64,000 nucleotides of DNA from Cyanidioschyzon merolae (taxonomy: Eukaryota): NCBI GenBank assembly GCA_000091205.1, contig AP006492.2. The stretch is one strand, 5' to 3'. Below are positions 1 through 11,119 of this stretch, in pieces. Made by a program: the position numbers and the translations under genes. The notes under the pieces are model-generated. The model did no database searches. It saw nothing but the letters and a program-made list of their open reading frames with translations, and was not told the origin of the DNA. The first letter of the stretch is position 1. Each line of letters starts with the position of its first letter.

Positions 1-566
1 TGTCTCCAGGATGGCCGCGTTGCCAATAGCGTTAGCGAGATGACACCATGGAGCGCCTCGCTCTGCTGAGCGGAAGGCTTTCAGTGCATTCGGTGCAAGC
101 GTCGTTCCCTGGTGCGCACGATAATCAGTCGCTCCGACCTCAAGGTGAAATTTTCGATGGACAACGCCCTGCTCGTGGCGACACGAAACCCTAATTGCGT
201 TGAGACGAAATTTGCTTGCGTTCCAGAGATTGTCGCCCAGGACTTTTTGCTGTTCAACCCAACGGGCTTCGATCGAGGCCTCCACGTGCTCCGAAGGATG
301 CGGGCGGCGCGCAAAATGATCGCCTTCCATATCAACCTCAAGCACCAGATCGACGCTAGCCCCGGCAACAGCACGAGAAAGACACGACCTTTGCAGTCCG
401 GGGGTACAGAACACGAGCAGCTCATACCGACCCTCTTTCTCCGCTCTGCGAACCAAGTCAACTACCCCCGGCTCCATACAGGCAAGGCTCTGAGCGCTCC
501 ACAAAGCGTCCCATACCTCCGATGCTCGGGTGCTTCAAGTGCACGCACACCGCCACCGCCACCGCC

Positions 567-1910
567 TTTTACACTCGAACGACGCCAGCGGTGTACAGTA
601 TTGGCGAGAAGCCCGCCTTGGACAAGAAGTTTTCAACTGCGGTGTAGACGCCTCCCAGCCCTTTTGCATCGGCCACCTACTACTGCTTCCAATCTTTTCT
701 CATATAATTCCACTTTGAGAGGTTGTCCAACAAAGTTCTCCCGTGTCTACTCTGGAGGTCTTTTCTCCAGCACCGCACATCTCCTTATATTGATTGCGGC
801 ATTAAAGTCTCGGTTCACAAACTCCATACGTTTCTTGCAATTGATTGTACTTCCTAATGCTAGTAGCCCTCGCACTTTCGCCCTCCTTTCCATTTGCTCG
901 TCTGTCAGCGGTCCGTACTTTGCGATTTCCTCAGGGCTCCTCTGGCACTTTTCCATCTCGACCCTCTGGAGTGTACAGCCCAGTTCATGGTGTGTATAGG
1001 ACGTTCGGAACTCGTCTACATGTATCGTGACGAAACGCCTTGCACACTCCTTATATGTTTTTGCCGTTGGAGCTGGCGTGGTCCCTTTTTGGGTCTTCCA
1101 GTGTCCCGCTCCGTACGCTACTACTAGCCTCTGATTTCCATCCTCCTTCAGGTCACTCAACTGATTGAAGAAAATCGCGAACGCCCGCTGCTTACCAAAA
1201 TACAAATTCATTCGCAAACGAGCCCACCGGGGCTTTGTATACCGCCCCCCACAGCGCATCCTAATGTGCCATGCGAAATTCCATGAATTTCCGAAAAGCT
1301 TCAAAGTCGGCTCCTCGGCTCGTCAGCTCGCTCAAAGCTTCAAGGTGATCTTTCATTCCTGAATTCCATTTCTCGGTTTTCTTCCTCGCATTCATGATTC
1401 CCGATTCCCGATTGTATCTCGCTGTCGAGAACCTCAAAAGACGCATGTCTTTCTGACGCAAGTTGCCGTCGGTACCATCCTCCGCGAGCTTGGGCACAAC
1501 GATGGTTACGATATATGTGTTTCCGGAGTCCGCGCCAACGACAAAGTCGTTCACATGCACTTTCTGTAGGGCAGGATCCGCCTTCTTCTCATCTTCATGC
1601 TTCGCCGCGTCAACGACAAACTCGTTATCCTGCACCTTCTGTGTCGCCGGATCCGCCTCCTTCTCATCTTTATGCATCGCCGCGCCAACGATAAAGCCGT
1701 TATCCTCCACCTTCTGCGTCACAGGACCCGCCTCCTTCTCATCTTTATGCATCGCCGCGCCAACGAATAGGTCGTTATCCTCTGCTTCCTGCGTCGCAGG
1801 ATCCGCCTCCTTCTCATATTCATGCTTCGTCGAGGGCGCAGCAGAGGGCGGGACTGGACGATCTTTCTTCAACCGCCGATAGTGTACACACAAGGCTACT
1901 CCATCGGTTT
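567..1910 (-). mobile_element. Fanzor/TnpB-like element, copy A. Only the 3' two-thirds survives (RuvC-I to RuvC-III plus a degraded right end). It is frameshifted and joins LINE copy 1 at about 1910.
   Basis: ORFs 1261..1893(-) and 747..1304(-) align with copies B, C and D. Motifs: VVGADSGNT (RuvC-I GxDxG-like) and FVNRDFNAAINI (TnpB RuvC-III). Right-end DNA is homologous to copy D down to about 567, with an internal deletion of about 46 bp relative to C. Confidence 0.6.
1545..1830 (-). repeat. 69-bp in-frame tandem repeat, about 4 units. It encodes acidic 23-aa units (ADPATQKVEDNxFVVxAAxHKDEKE) inside Fanzor copy A, immediately upstream of RuvC-I.
   Basis: Direct DNA periodicity is visible at 1561-1830 (gccgcgccaacga...cctccttctcatc repeated). 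The same repeat is in copy B at 35785-36065. Confidence 0.8.
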
Positions 1911-4900
1911 CCTGGTTCCGTGTCTACGTTTCCGTATTGCTGTTTGGACCGTTCGCTTGAGGCGGCGGGAGCCTTGTACATTCCTGGGGAACGATTGGGG
2001 AGCGTGTTGTCCCCTAAGAGGCGCTTCAGCCAAATCTGCGTCGATTTCATCCAAGTGTTCTTGCGGTGCGTTGGGGTCTGCATGGATATCCGATCGAACC
2101 AGGTGTTCATAGTTGGCCCTTTGCCCCATATGCGTGCCCGGCAACCTGCTGCTGTCGCTTCTGTCGAGGCTATTTGGAGTTCAAGTCCGAGTGCCAGCGC
2201 GGTGGTTGCTCTGCTCTACATTGAGCATCCAACAGCAACAACGAGTCACATTGCCATGTTGGCGGCTGTCTGCAGACGTGAGGCATTTGTGTGGTTCATG
2301 CCGCACCACTCAGCACCACAGGTCGCAGGCTGGATGATACACATCCTTAGTGCCCTGGTACGAATTGCTATGCAGATAGAGGGGTCGGATGGGAATGGAC
2401 GTGCGATCGCTGTACGTCTATGCATCTTGGCGATCATCTCGTCGACGTGTGCCTCTTCGTCGATCGTCGGCGTTAGACAGACCCCCGGGTAGCGATATTT
2501 TTCCACGATCGGAATTTCCTGGTTCTGCAACCGCCACGAGCGATTGCGAATGCTCTGCGAGTCTCCATGGATGACCATGGCGCCGCACTTCGATGCTCCT
2601 ATGCTCATCTCCCAGCGATCGGCCCAGTCGCTGACTTGTTCCATGCTACCCGCAAGCGTTTCCGGGGCGGGTGCCAACAGCACGACATCGTCCGCAACGA
2701 GACAGCCTGCGAGGCGGTTCCTACGTGAGGGCTCCTCATCGGGCATCTCCACAGTCTATCCACGGCACCTCAAGCCCGTATTGTCTGCAGTTGTTCAGCA
2801 GATCGTTGATGAAGATGTTGAAAAGGAGCGGGGATGCGCGCTCGCCCTGCCGCAGTCCACGGCGGATTCTTCTGGAAGGGGTTCTTGAGCGGTCGCCCAG
2901 TCGGATGCGCATCCATGAGTCTGCATAGAGCGCACGGAAGAATGCTAAGCACTTTCCGGAGACTTGGGCTCGTTCCATCTTCAGAAATGGAGCCTCGTGC
3001 GGGACCGTGTCAAAGGCCTCTTGGAAGTCGATGAAGCATACGTAAGCTGGTTGTTGGCCGCTAATGGAGCGACGTTGCACCCATCAATGAGGGTCAGGGC
3101 ATGGCTCATGCACTCCTCGTGGCTCCGGAATCCAGCCTGTTCTGGGGCGAAGAACTTGCGTTCCACGAGGCCTCTCTGAGTCCGGTTCGTGGGAATGGCG
3201 CAAAGTAGCTTCATGATTGACGGGATGAGGCGAATAGTCCGGTAGTTGTTCATGTCTGTGTTTGTGTACGTCGGAGTCCTTTTTGAGGATCGGTACGACC
3301 TCGGCAGTCCTCCATACATCCGGGATGTACGCCTCTTCGAACATGCGTTGGATGAGCTCCACAAGGCGTTTGCCTAAGCTTGTGTCAGGTTCATCTGGTA
3401 TCGATAGTGTCCCTCTTGTCCCGTCTTTTGGGATCACCAGTTTCATCCACTCCGCCGCGATACCGTCGATGCCAGGTGTTTTGCGGTTGCTTGAGCATAG
3501 CACGGTCCGAACAGATTCAGGCCAGAAGATTGGGTCGTTCCATTCCGGTACCGGTTCGAGGCGCGGTAGTTCTGCGGCATATTGGTGCCAATAGATTCTG
3601 TCTTGGCAGTGCCCAGTTGCGTCTTCATGCAGCTCTGTGCCGTGGTCCGTCCAGGCCTCATTCACTGAGGCACGCTCCGTCCTCAGCGCTTCCTCATAAA
3701 CGATTGGTGTGAGCCCCAGGCACTTTTTTGGTGGGTCCAGTCTCGATCGAATGTAGCGCCAGGTCTCATCTTCGTTGGTGCTCTCTAGCATAGATTTCGC
3801 TAGGGAGGCGATTTTGCGGTTTCGATCCTCTCGTTTGTCTTCTCTGGAAAGTTTCTTCTTTCTTTTGATAGCTTCTTCATGTTGCGCCTGTAGCGCCGTT
3901 AGGACTGCCTTCGCTTCCTTGTCTCCTGCGTTGGCGCGTATGGCGGTGTGGTTGACGATCTGATAGAGTCGGTGATGCTCGTCAATCCGGGTATTGGTAC
4001 GTCGTTTCAGGCACTGAGGTTTGCAACTGTTGCGTTCTGGTGCAAGCAGTCCCAGCTCTCCGGCAATCTTCTGATTCCCATCTACAAACTCTCGTGCCAA
4101 TTGGTCTAAAGATTTGTATGCACAACTTTTCGGATCTTCAGCGCTGTGAGTAGGTGACTCGGTTTGGCGACGGCTTTCTTGAGTTCCTGCTGGGGTGCTC
4201 TTTCGGGGACGACTTGTGATGGGCTCGCTGGAGCCCCCGCCTGTGGGCTCGTTCGGGAGTTCTTCTTCCTATTCTTCTGTTTTTCTCTTGTTGGTTTTCT
4301 TCTTCATCGGGTTCTTTCCTGAGCTACATTCTCTGGTTACTTTGCATCTAGGCGGATCATGAGGTTTCTGTGTCTCCTTCTCCGTGTCTGGTTGGGTCTC
4401 TTTTGCCTTTTGTACAGTCCTCGACTTGTATCAGTTCTTCATTACTGTACTGGTAATTCGATATCTCGTAGTTCAATACCGAGGCGATCCCACAAATATT
4501 CCATGATGCGAAACCTATCGAGTCGTAGCGCATAAGGGAATAGGAGTAACGCTGCGGTACTCGAGAGATACGTTGTCGATTGAGATGCACCCTCCACGGG
4601 GTGTTTGAGAGCACATGCCACCAGCGCCTCCTGCATTCCAGTCGTTCACTGAGTGTCTGCCGCAGCGCTAGCGTAGAATCAGATGTACATTAGTCAAGGT
4701 CGATTCGAATGCGACCTTTATCTTGCCCGACGCTTTAACCTCCCCTCAACAATTGGGAACAGTCTGCAAACCACCCTTTCAGCGGCTACGTATCCGCTCC
4801 CCAAACACATAGGCGGGCAAGCCGCTTATTCCAGCTTCGACCGCAAACATACTGCCAGCCGTCTTCAAAAGTCTCCGCCGAGACTATTTCCAAAGTTGAG

Positions 4901-5223
4901 GTAGGTAGCCAAGGTAGGAGGTAAAACGGAGCCCGAGTTCAAGGATGGATCCAAGATTTGCGCCCGAACCTGCAGCGTTGATTCGGGAGGGGCGGATGAC
5001 TAATCAGGATTTTCGTCAACATTTTCTGGTGCTGCTGCCGCCGCCCCTCCGTTCGTTGCGGTCAAGGTCCCTGGCGTGGGCTTCCTTCGCCGTCGCCCAA
5101 GCACCCCGCGTTAACCCACTTTCAGAGCTTCTCCGGAAAAACTAGACCTCTAAGGCGGGCGTGGTGTGTGGGTCTTTAAGATAGTTGTTCTTTAATAAAT
5201 AGTTTGCGACTAGTTTGTTTTGT
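1908..5223 (-). mobile_element. Non-LTR retrotransposon (LINE) copy 1. RT ORF2 is frameshifted, and the copy is 3'-truncated by about 960 bp relative to copy 2.
   Basis: Minus-strand ORFs 3084..4100, 2981..3364, 2736..3080 and 2246..2752 carry RT motifs: KTPGIDGI, YRTIRLIPSIMKLL, PEQAGFRSHEE, CFIDFQEAFDTVPHE, GLRQGxxASPLLFNIF, LVADDVVLLA. It is about 95% identical to 29967-34257. Its 5' terminus is identical to that of copy 2 (both end ...GTTTGTTTTGT). Confidence 0.8.
2246..4100 (-). pseudogene. LINE ORF2 reverse transcriptase, broken into three or more frames
   Basis: RT motifs 0 to C are spread over overlapping ORFs in different frames. No intact ORF spans the RT. Confidence 0.75.
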
Positions 5224-5496
5224 CTTTTTTTATTCTCCTCGCGCCCGTTGCATCACTAGCCACATTATTCGCGGCGTTTCTCCGTCCTATTCGAGTAGTT
5301 ATTGTTACTTTGTGCACATTGTTTAAAGCGCGTTCGTTTATTGAAAAACTCAAAACAGTATTCAATCGTGTGTACCTCGACTTGAAAATGACCTGCCGTG
5401 CCAGCCGCTGCATGCACGCGCTGTTAATCGTTCAATTCTTGCACATAAAAGCGAATTTGTTGACGGGGTGTAGGTTCATTGTGCTTGGGGTGAACG

Positions 5497-6786
5497 ATGC
5501 GTTCCTTGCCTCCCAGTGGCTCTAGGTGCTCAGAGGACGCAATGACATGGGTGCAAATAGTAGGAACACGAGCGGACCAAGTGCACTTCGCGCCAAGACC
5601 CGAACGGTGTGGTCGGGGGGCTCCCGTCTCCTTCACGAGACCCCTGCTTTCGAGGCGTCGCCAACAGGCGTTGATGGTGCGCTGGTGTCCAGCACGCCTG
5701 TGCGCCGGAAATAGCAACGGTAATCAGCCGAAAAAGACGCGAGCAAAGCAAACATTCTCGCCACCACCGAGTACCTTTTACCAGGCCCTAAACCAAGCAG
5801 TGGAAGCAGTTTTAGCAGCAGTGGAGGCTGGAGAGCGTCTACTGGAGATTGACTTCCCTCCATTGCCCGCAAGTGTGCTGAATTCGACCAGATCTTCATC
5901 GGACGACGTTATTGACGCCAATACGCGACTGGCGTTTGACTTTGCGAAAATGCTTCAGGAAACAACGCGAGAGAGACGCAATGGCCGCTCGACTTATCAG
6001 CGAGTCGCGCTCATCTATCCCGACATGATCGAGCGTAACCGAGCCTTTGCGGGGGATGCTGCCCCCAAGAAACCAGGCTCGGGGTATGCAAATCGCTTCG
6101 GTGATACAGTCGGCACTGCGGACAGCCGCATCCGGCTTGCTGCTCTGCGCGCGGGCTATGAGGCTGGTAACTTTATCCAGCGAATCCTGCAAGCCAATAT
6201 TCGCGACGGTGATGCTGGCGATCGTATCGAACCCATTTTGGATGATGACGATATTTTTATCGTTCTTGGCGCCTCGGCGCAGGAGCTCGTGGACGTGGAA
6301 AAGTTCGTGCAACGTCTCGAAGAAACGGACAAAACGAGAGGCGACCAGCGACCCGTCATTCTATTCAATATGCAGCTGGATACATCACGTGGTGATCTGG
6401 GCTTGCCTGCGTTTCCGTCTCGGATGCTCCATCACCGCTTTCTATGTCGATTCTTGCCCGTCTACTACTTGCGAACGCGCTCGTACTCGAGGTCGATTTC
6501 GCGACCTCCATTTGTTGTCAACTATCAAGGCGCAATATTTAGGGTATATCCAGAGCCATACCAGGTGCTTCTCGAGACCCAAGAGAATCGTTATCGGCAG
6601 GTTGCACAGTATGCCACACGGCCGAGACTCACAGAGGCCAAGGATGCCCTAACGAAGGCCGTATTTCCACAACAGAACGAGAAAGATGGTGGGTCATTTG
6701 GTTTCTTGCGGCGAGGGATGCAGACAGCGACCTGGTGGGAGCGTGCCTCCGACGACAGCTCTGTGTCGAACAAGTGGCGTCAGTAG
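5497..6786 (+). CDS. Hypothetical protein, 429 aa. ATG start confirmed. The N-terminus is Arg/Ser-rich and may be a targeting peptide.
   Basis: Long ORF with host-like codon usage and no repeat homology. I do not recognise the family. Confidence 0.4.
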   Translation: MRSLPPSGSRCSEDAMTWVQIVGTRADQVHFAPRPERCGRGAPVSFTRPLLSRRRQQALMVRWCPARLCAGNSNGNQPKKTRAKQTFSPPPSTFYQALNQAVEAVLAAVEAGERLLEIDFPPLPASVLNSTRSSSDDVIDANTRLAFDFAKMLQETTRERRNGRSTYQRVALIYPDMIERNRAFAGDAAPKKPGSGYANRFGDTVGTADSRIRLAALRAGYEAGNFIQRILQANIRDGDAGDRIEPILDDDDIFIVLGASAQELVDVEKFVQRLEETDKTRGDQRPVILFNMQLDTSRGDLGLPAFPSRMLHHRFLCRFLPVYYLRTRSYSRSISRPPFVVNYQGAIFRVYPEPYQVLLETQENRYRQVAQYATRPRLTEAKDALTKAVFPQQNEKDGGSFGFLRRGMQTATWWERASDDSSVSNKWRQ

Positions 6787-8699
6787 CGTCTCCGTGGCAC
6801 TGGCCAGAAGCGCCGTTCGGCCCAACACTCATTTCAGCTTCGTCCAAGGTAAAGCTGGGGTTAGGGGTACCGGTTCGAATGAGTGTAACTTGTTCCAGCT
6901 CACAGACTCCGTGGAGTTGTCTTTAGCTATCGTTTGCGACCGTCCGCTTCGCCGGAGTGTGCCTTTGACGGACCTGGAGCTCTTCTGGTATCTCTTCTTG
7001 AACCAGCGGTCGAAGTCGTTTCGGGAGACGGTCTGCTACGTCAGCAAAGAAAGGGCCGCGACTTTTAGCTCGAAGAAAGCGAATCCTCCGCGCCTCCGCT
7101 GCGCGTCGCCAACGTGGCGTACGGTTATTCAGTATCGGAAACGGCGGTCGGTGGATCCGCATTCCGATGACCCCGAGCACCCCTAAGAGCATGGTGCGTA
7201 TAACGTAAAGTTGCAAGTCCGCGTGATGATGTAATTGTCCCTGTGAAAATGCGTCCACCATGGGACCGTCGAGCAGCGCGGAAAAACGCTGCCCAGGGAC
7301 TCGGCGCCTTCTGTGCACCAGCTGCTGACCCCTCGCCACACGCGCAGACAAGCCCTCGGCCGCAGCGTCGCGGCGACAAAACCTTCCACAAGTGCCAGCA
7401 GCTTTGTAAGCAGTTGAAAAGAGACCCGCGAACGCCAGTGTTTGGCTGGTTTTTCCGAAAAGCATCCGTGCGTCAACTCCTCTAGTCCAAAGTTTGCAAG
7501 CTGTACGCACACAGTATAAAGTTCCTTAGAACGCAGCACCAGCATGAGCGCTTGCCGTAGGCGCCGCCAGTTTGAGATCCGATCACCACCGTCGCGCAAC
7601 GCCGTGGCACAGGCACTCGCGGAGGCGTCTTGTTCTTATGCAGAGGCAGTGCTGCGGCAACGGTGCATCCTGGGTACCGGTACGTACCTGCGGTAGGCTT
7701 GGCATCTGGTGGTTCGCTCGACTGTGCAATCCGTTATGCCAACGCGAATACTAGTCCGATGTGACTGGAACCCGAACGTGCTTAGATCGGAGCGGGAGTG
7801 TCTCCACGGCGTCCAGGTCAACTGCGCATCCCGGGGATTCTTGTAAGCGTTGTCGATTGTGCATCATAGGGAAAGCCGGCGCTGGCATAGACGCAAGTCG
7901 TCTCGCAGCTCGCTGGATCCAAAGTAGAATCCGCACAGACGGACAAGACCAGGGCTGATAGAAAATTGTCAAATACGGTGAAGCGCTGCAGCGATCTCGT
8001 TTTTGCTGATCGATATACTCAGCAGTATCAGCTCATAGAACACGCTTATCGCGCATGAATCTCCAGGGGGAATGATTCCAGGTACAAGTTTCAACCGTGC
8101 TCTAGATTTGCTGCATTGTGTTTGCCGTACAACCTTTGTGCTTTGCTCCAGCGAGTAACCGATCCCCTCTGTCCTGACCGCTGATTGTTTACTTCGATAG
8201 CATTCAGCGTTTCAGCACAACGCTCACAATGACTGTTAAACGATTCCCTCGAACGTCCGCTTAACGTAAAGCCACCGAACGCTCTGGAGGCACGAGACAT
8301 TCCCGGATGTCGACTGCAGATGCTGCCGTCGACACAAACATATCAGACAGGACTTTTCCTCAGGAACGGAAACTCGATTGGCCCGGTGAATCTCCAGATG
8401 CCCAGCGCACCGCGTACGTTGCACGGTCTCAGCGTGGCGTTGCAGTGCCTCCAGCCATGGGGGCGGCTTCCTACAACGCTCGCACCCTTGGGGTTTCCCG
8501 GTCAGTCTTGACGATCTTGCACCGTAAAAAAATCCAAGGTCACATTCGATGATCGTCAGGTCTGCCTGCACACAATTTGTTTTGATCGACATAACATTTC
8601 AGTGAACCAGGGATCCTCGATTTCTTAATCGAAAGAAAGTACACACGAGCTCGGGATCCTCGAGTGCGCGAAGGATCTCGGCATCCAGTAGAGCGTGGC

Positions 8700-9276
8700 A
8701 TAGTGTTCGCGCTGAAAACGGGAAAGGTTTTCGGCATTTTCGAAAGGTTACCTTCTAGGCGGACGCTCCCGCGAACCGCTCGAGTCTACCAGGCTAGTGA
8801 ATCATCTACCTCTCCAATGGCAGGTGCTTTAGTGATATCTGAGCAGCAACTCGTCCGCTACGCAGTTCACTCTGGGACAAAGAGCGGGTAGATTGCGCCT
8901 GGACGTCGCTCTGGCCGCTGTAGACTCCCTGCATATTGCTTCGCGATGCGGCACGCAGTACGTCTCTCCGTACAGTTAGCAGGCTCCCAGAATGATTTTG
9001 TACTCCGACCCCATGTCGGGTGATCCACGCGTCGAGCCGGCTACCCCAGTGGTATGGCAGAGCCGTACTGTTTCCGTGAGGCATCGGCTCCAGCAGTATA
9101 AGCGCCAAGGCGGGCGCTCAAAGCAAGCAATCGCCGCGCGATTGAAGGTACAAAACGGCCAGCACCTCCGAGAGAAAATATGGGATATAGAGCTGGAAGT
9201 TAGGGCACAACATAAAGAGCGATTTCTCGTCTGCCAATAGCTATCCCGCAATCTGGAGTCCATAATCAATGAAAAT
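8700..9276 (+). repeat. Short LINE-3'-region-related repeat (SINE-like family), copy 1 of 3
   Basis: Shares the blocks ACCTTCTxGGCGGAxG and CCGACGCCCTCTGTGGT / CACACGATAG with the LINE 3' region and with the copies at 24700 and 49256. All three copies share the same head (TCGAAAGGTTACCTTCT) and the same tail (CCCGCAATCTGGxxTCCATxxxCAATG). Confidence 0.55.
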
Positions 9277-9402
9277 GCTTTGTCACTGCGGCCCGCGGCG
9301 GCCGTGCGTTACGCCGCGCAGTACCTCGGGAATTCAATTTCCGACCGACAAACGAACTGGCTGCTGCTTCTCAGTATTTTCTGTCGCCGCTGAGACGCTT
9401 CC

Positions 9403-10476
9403 ATGCAGACACCTTCGCACGGGGCGCGTCCTTTCGGGACGCTCTCATACAGTCAGCAGCGTATCCATGCGCTCAAGGCAGAGTTGCTCCGCTATCGGAC
9501 AGCGTACAGGAGGCTTCGGAGCTATGTTTCTCGAATCAACGATTTGCTGGAACAACGCGAGAGAGCGCTAGCGTGTTCTTCACGTACAAGGCTCTTCCAA
9601 GCTATCGAAGAAAAGGTCGTTTATGGCCAGTATCCTGACAAGGAAAATCGGGACTTTTCGTATCTGAATACTTTGGAACCTGTCGCCCCGGTTCAGGTGG
9701 AAAAGGAGAGCCTGTTGCTCGAGGGTACGCCAGCCACTGCGTTCAGTGTGAGTCCCGTGTGCGCCCGAGCCCCCAGAGACGGCAGAGCAATTATGGGTGG
9801 AACGCTGGGCGGCGATGTGCTCGATTCCTGCAACCGAGCATATTCCGAACACGCAAGCTGCACCACAGTGGCTAAACCCGAGAGTGTCGACGAAAATTCC
9901 GGTCAGACTGCAGGCTCTGTCCGAGCTGACGATCTGGTGAGCCCGCCTCGTACAGGTGCTTCGCCACACACCGTGCATAACCCTATCACTGTTGCAGCGT
10001 CGATTGAAAATCCTGGATTGCAGGAGGAGGTGCATGATTGCGCGCAAGCGAATGCGGTAGCAAAAGCGCCTGATTCGACGCAAGCACCCTCCGAACCGCC
10101 ATCGAAAAGCGGGAAACCCCCAACAGAACGGGCTCCGGCGAGGACACAACGACGACGACAACAACAACAAGAACGACGACGACGACGGCTGCCAGCTATC
10201 TGTGTTGAAGAGGTTCCCAATATCTGGGCAGTGAATCCGGAACACCCGCCAGGTGATCGTCGAAGCCAATCGAATGCTCTGATAAGCTGCCTGAAGCGTG
10301 TATCTCGGATGCTGGCCGGGGCGCTGGGCCCCTCGAGGCGCATCTGCCATCCATCGTATTCGAAAATCTTCGCATTATGCGGCGTTTCCTTTGGTGCGGG
10401 CTTCCTCTCTGCGGTGTTGACCATACAGCACGTAGAGTGCAGCTCTGGAAGCGCGCGGCGAAGCCCGCGTGCCTAA
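9403..10476 (+). CDS. Hypothetical low-complexity protein, 357 aa, with a coiled-coil-like N-terminus
   Basis: ATG-initiated ORF. No recognisable domain. It contains a QRRRQQQQERRRRR tract. Confidence 0.25.
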   Translation: MQTPSHGARPFGTLSYSQQRIHALKAELLRYRTAYRRLRSYVSRINDLLEQRERALACSSRTRLFQAIEEKVVYGQYPDKENRDFSYLNTLEPVAPVQVEKESLLLEGTPATAFSVSPVCARAPRDGRAIMGGTLGGDVLDSCNRAYSEHASCTTVAKPESVDENSGQTAGSVRADDLVSPPRTGASPHTVHNPITVAASIENPGLQEEVHDCAQANAVAKAPDSTQAPSEPPSKSGKPPTERAPARTQRRRQQQQERRRRRLPAICVEEVPNIWAVNPEHPPGDRRSQSNALISCLKRVSRMLAGALGPSRRICHPSYSKIFALCGVSFGAGFLSAVLTIQHVECSSGSARRSPRA

Positions 10477-11119
10477 GCGTCCAGCACCGGCGACATGCGG
10501 CCTTGTGCGACGCACGCTGAGCATACACCAGCGGAGCGTGCCGCATCTAGTCCACCACGAACAGTGTACTTGGGCACCTACCCGAAATGCGTGGATATGC
10601 GTTGCTCCCTCGACACCGGATGTCAGGTCTGTGGACAGAGGACGACGCTGGCGCCGAACCAGAGCCGCAGGCCAGCTGTGCTGTGGCGGAAACGATCGAT
10701 ATCCTCGCAACGCAATCGAATCTCTCGAGGTAACCTGTTCTCTTTTATACGAACACGAGGGACCAGCATGTTGCGCGCCACATGCTCGAATGAGAACACC
10801 TGAACCGCGGAGCGCATAATCGTGGTGCTCGCGCAACGCAGCCGCCATTCTGGGGCGTTGGCGCTACGCGATCACGACATCCAGCGCTGTCTATCGCTGC
10901 GGCCTTGGGCTTTTCTCCTTCGGGGCGCTAGCATCGGTCGCACTCGCTATCCGTTGACTGGGTAAAACTGATTCTATGAAATTTTTGAGCCATATCGTGT
11001 CCACCACTCTCCTCCTCAGCGAAAGCCGGTTACATTGAGATTTCATGCTGCTGTTCTTGTCGTCTGATGTTGGACACTGAGCCCTTTGTATGATGGAATC
11101 GCGCGGTATTGGCGCGAAC

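Noticed and set aside
112-999. 295-aa plus-strand ORF
   Set aside because: It starts at GTG, runs antisense to Fanzor copy A, and has a Pro/Arg-rich wrong-frame composition, so it is a shadow ORF.
1545-1830. Possible CRISPR-like array, given regularly spaced 69-bp repeats
   Set aside because: The units are contiguous with no unique spacers, they are in frame inside a protein-coding ORF, and the context is eukaryotic.
4490-4570. tRNA-like or small structured RNA in the LINE 5' region, and scans for 5S, U6 or spliced-leader sequences elsewhere
   Set aside because: There is no cloverleaf-compatible acceptor or T-loop (GGTTCGAnTCC) and no match to conserved snRNA or 5S cores that I could see by eye.
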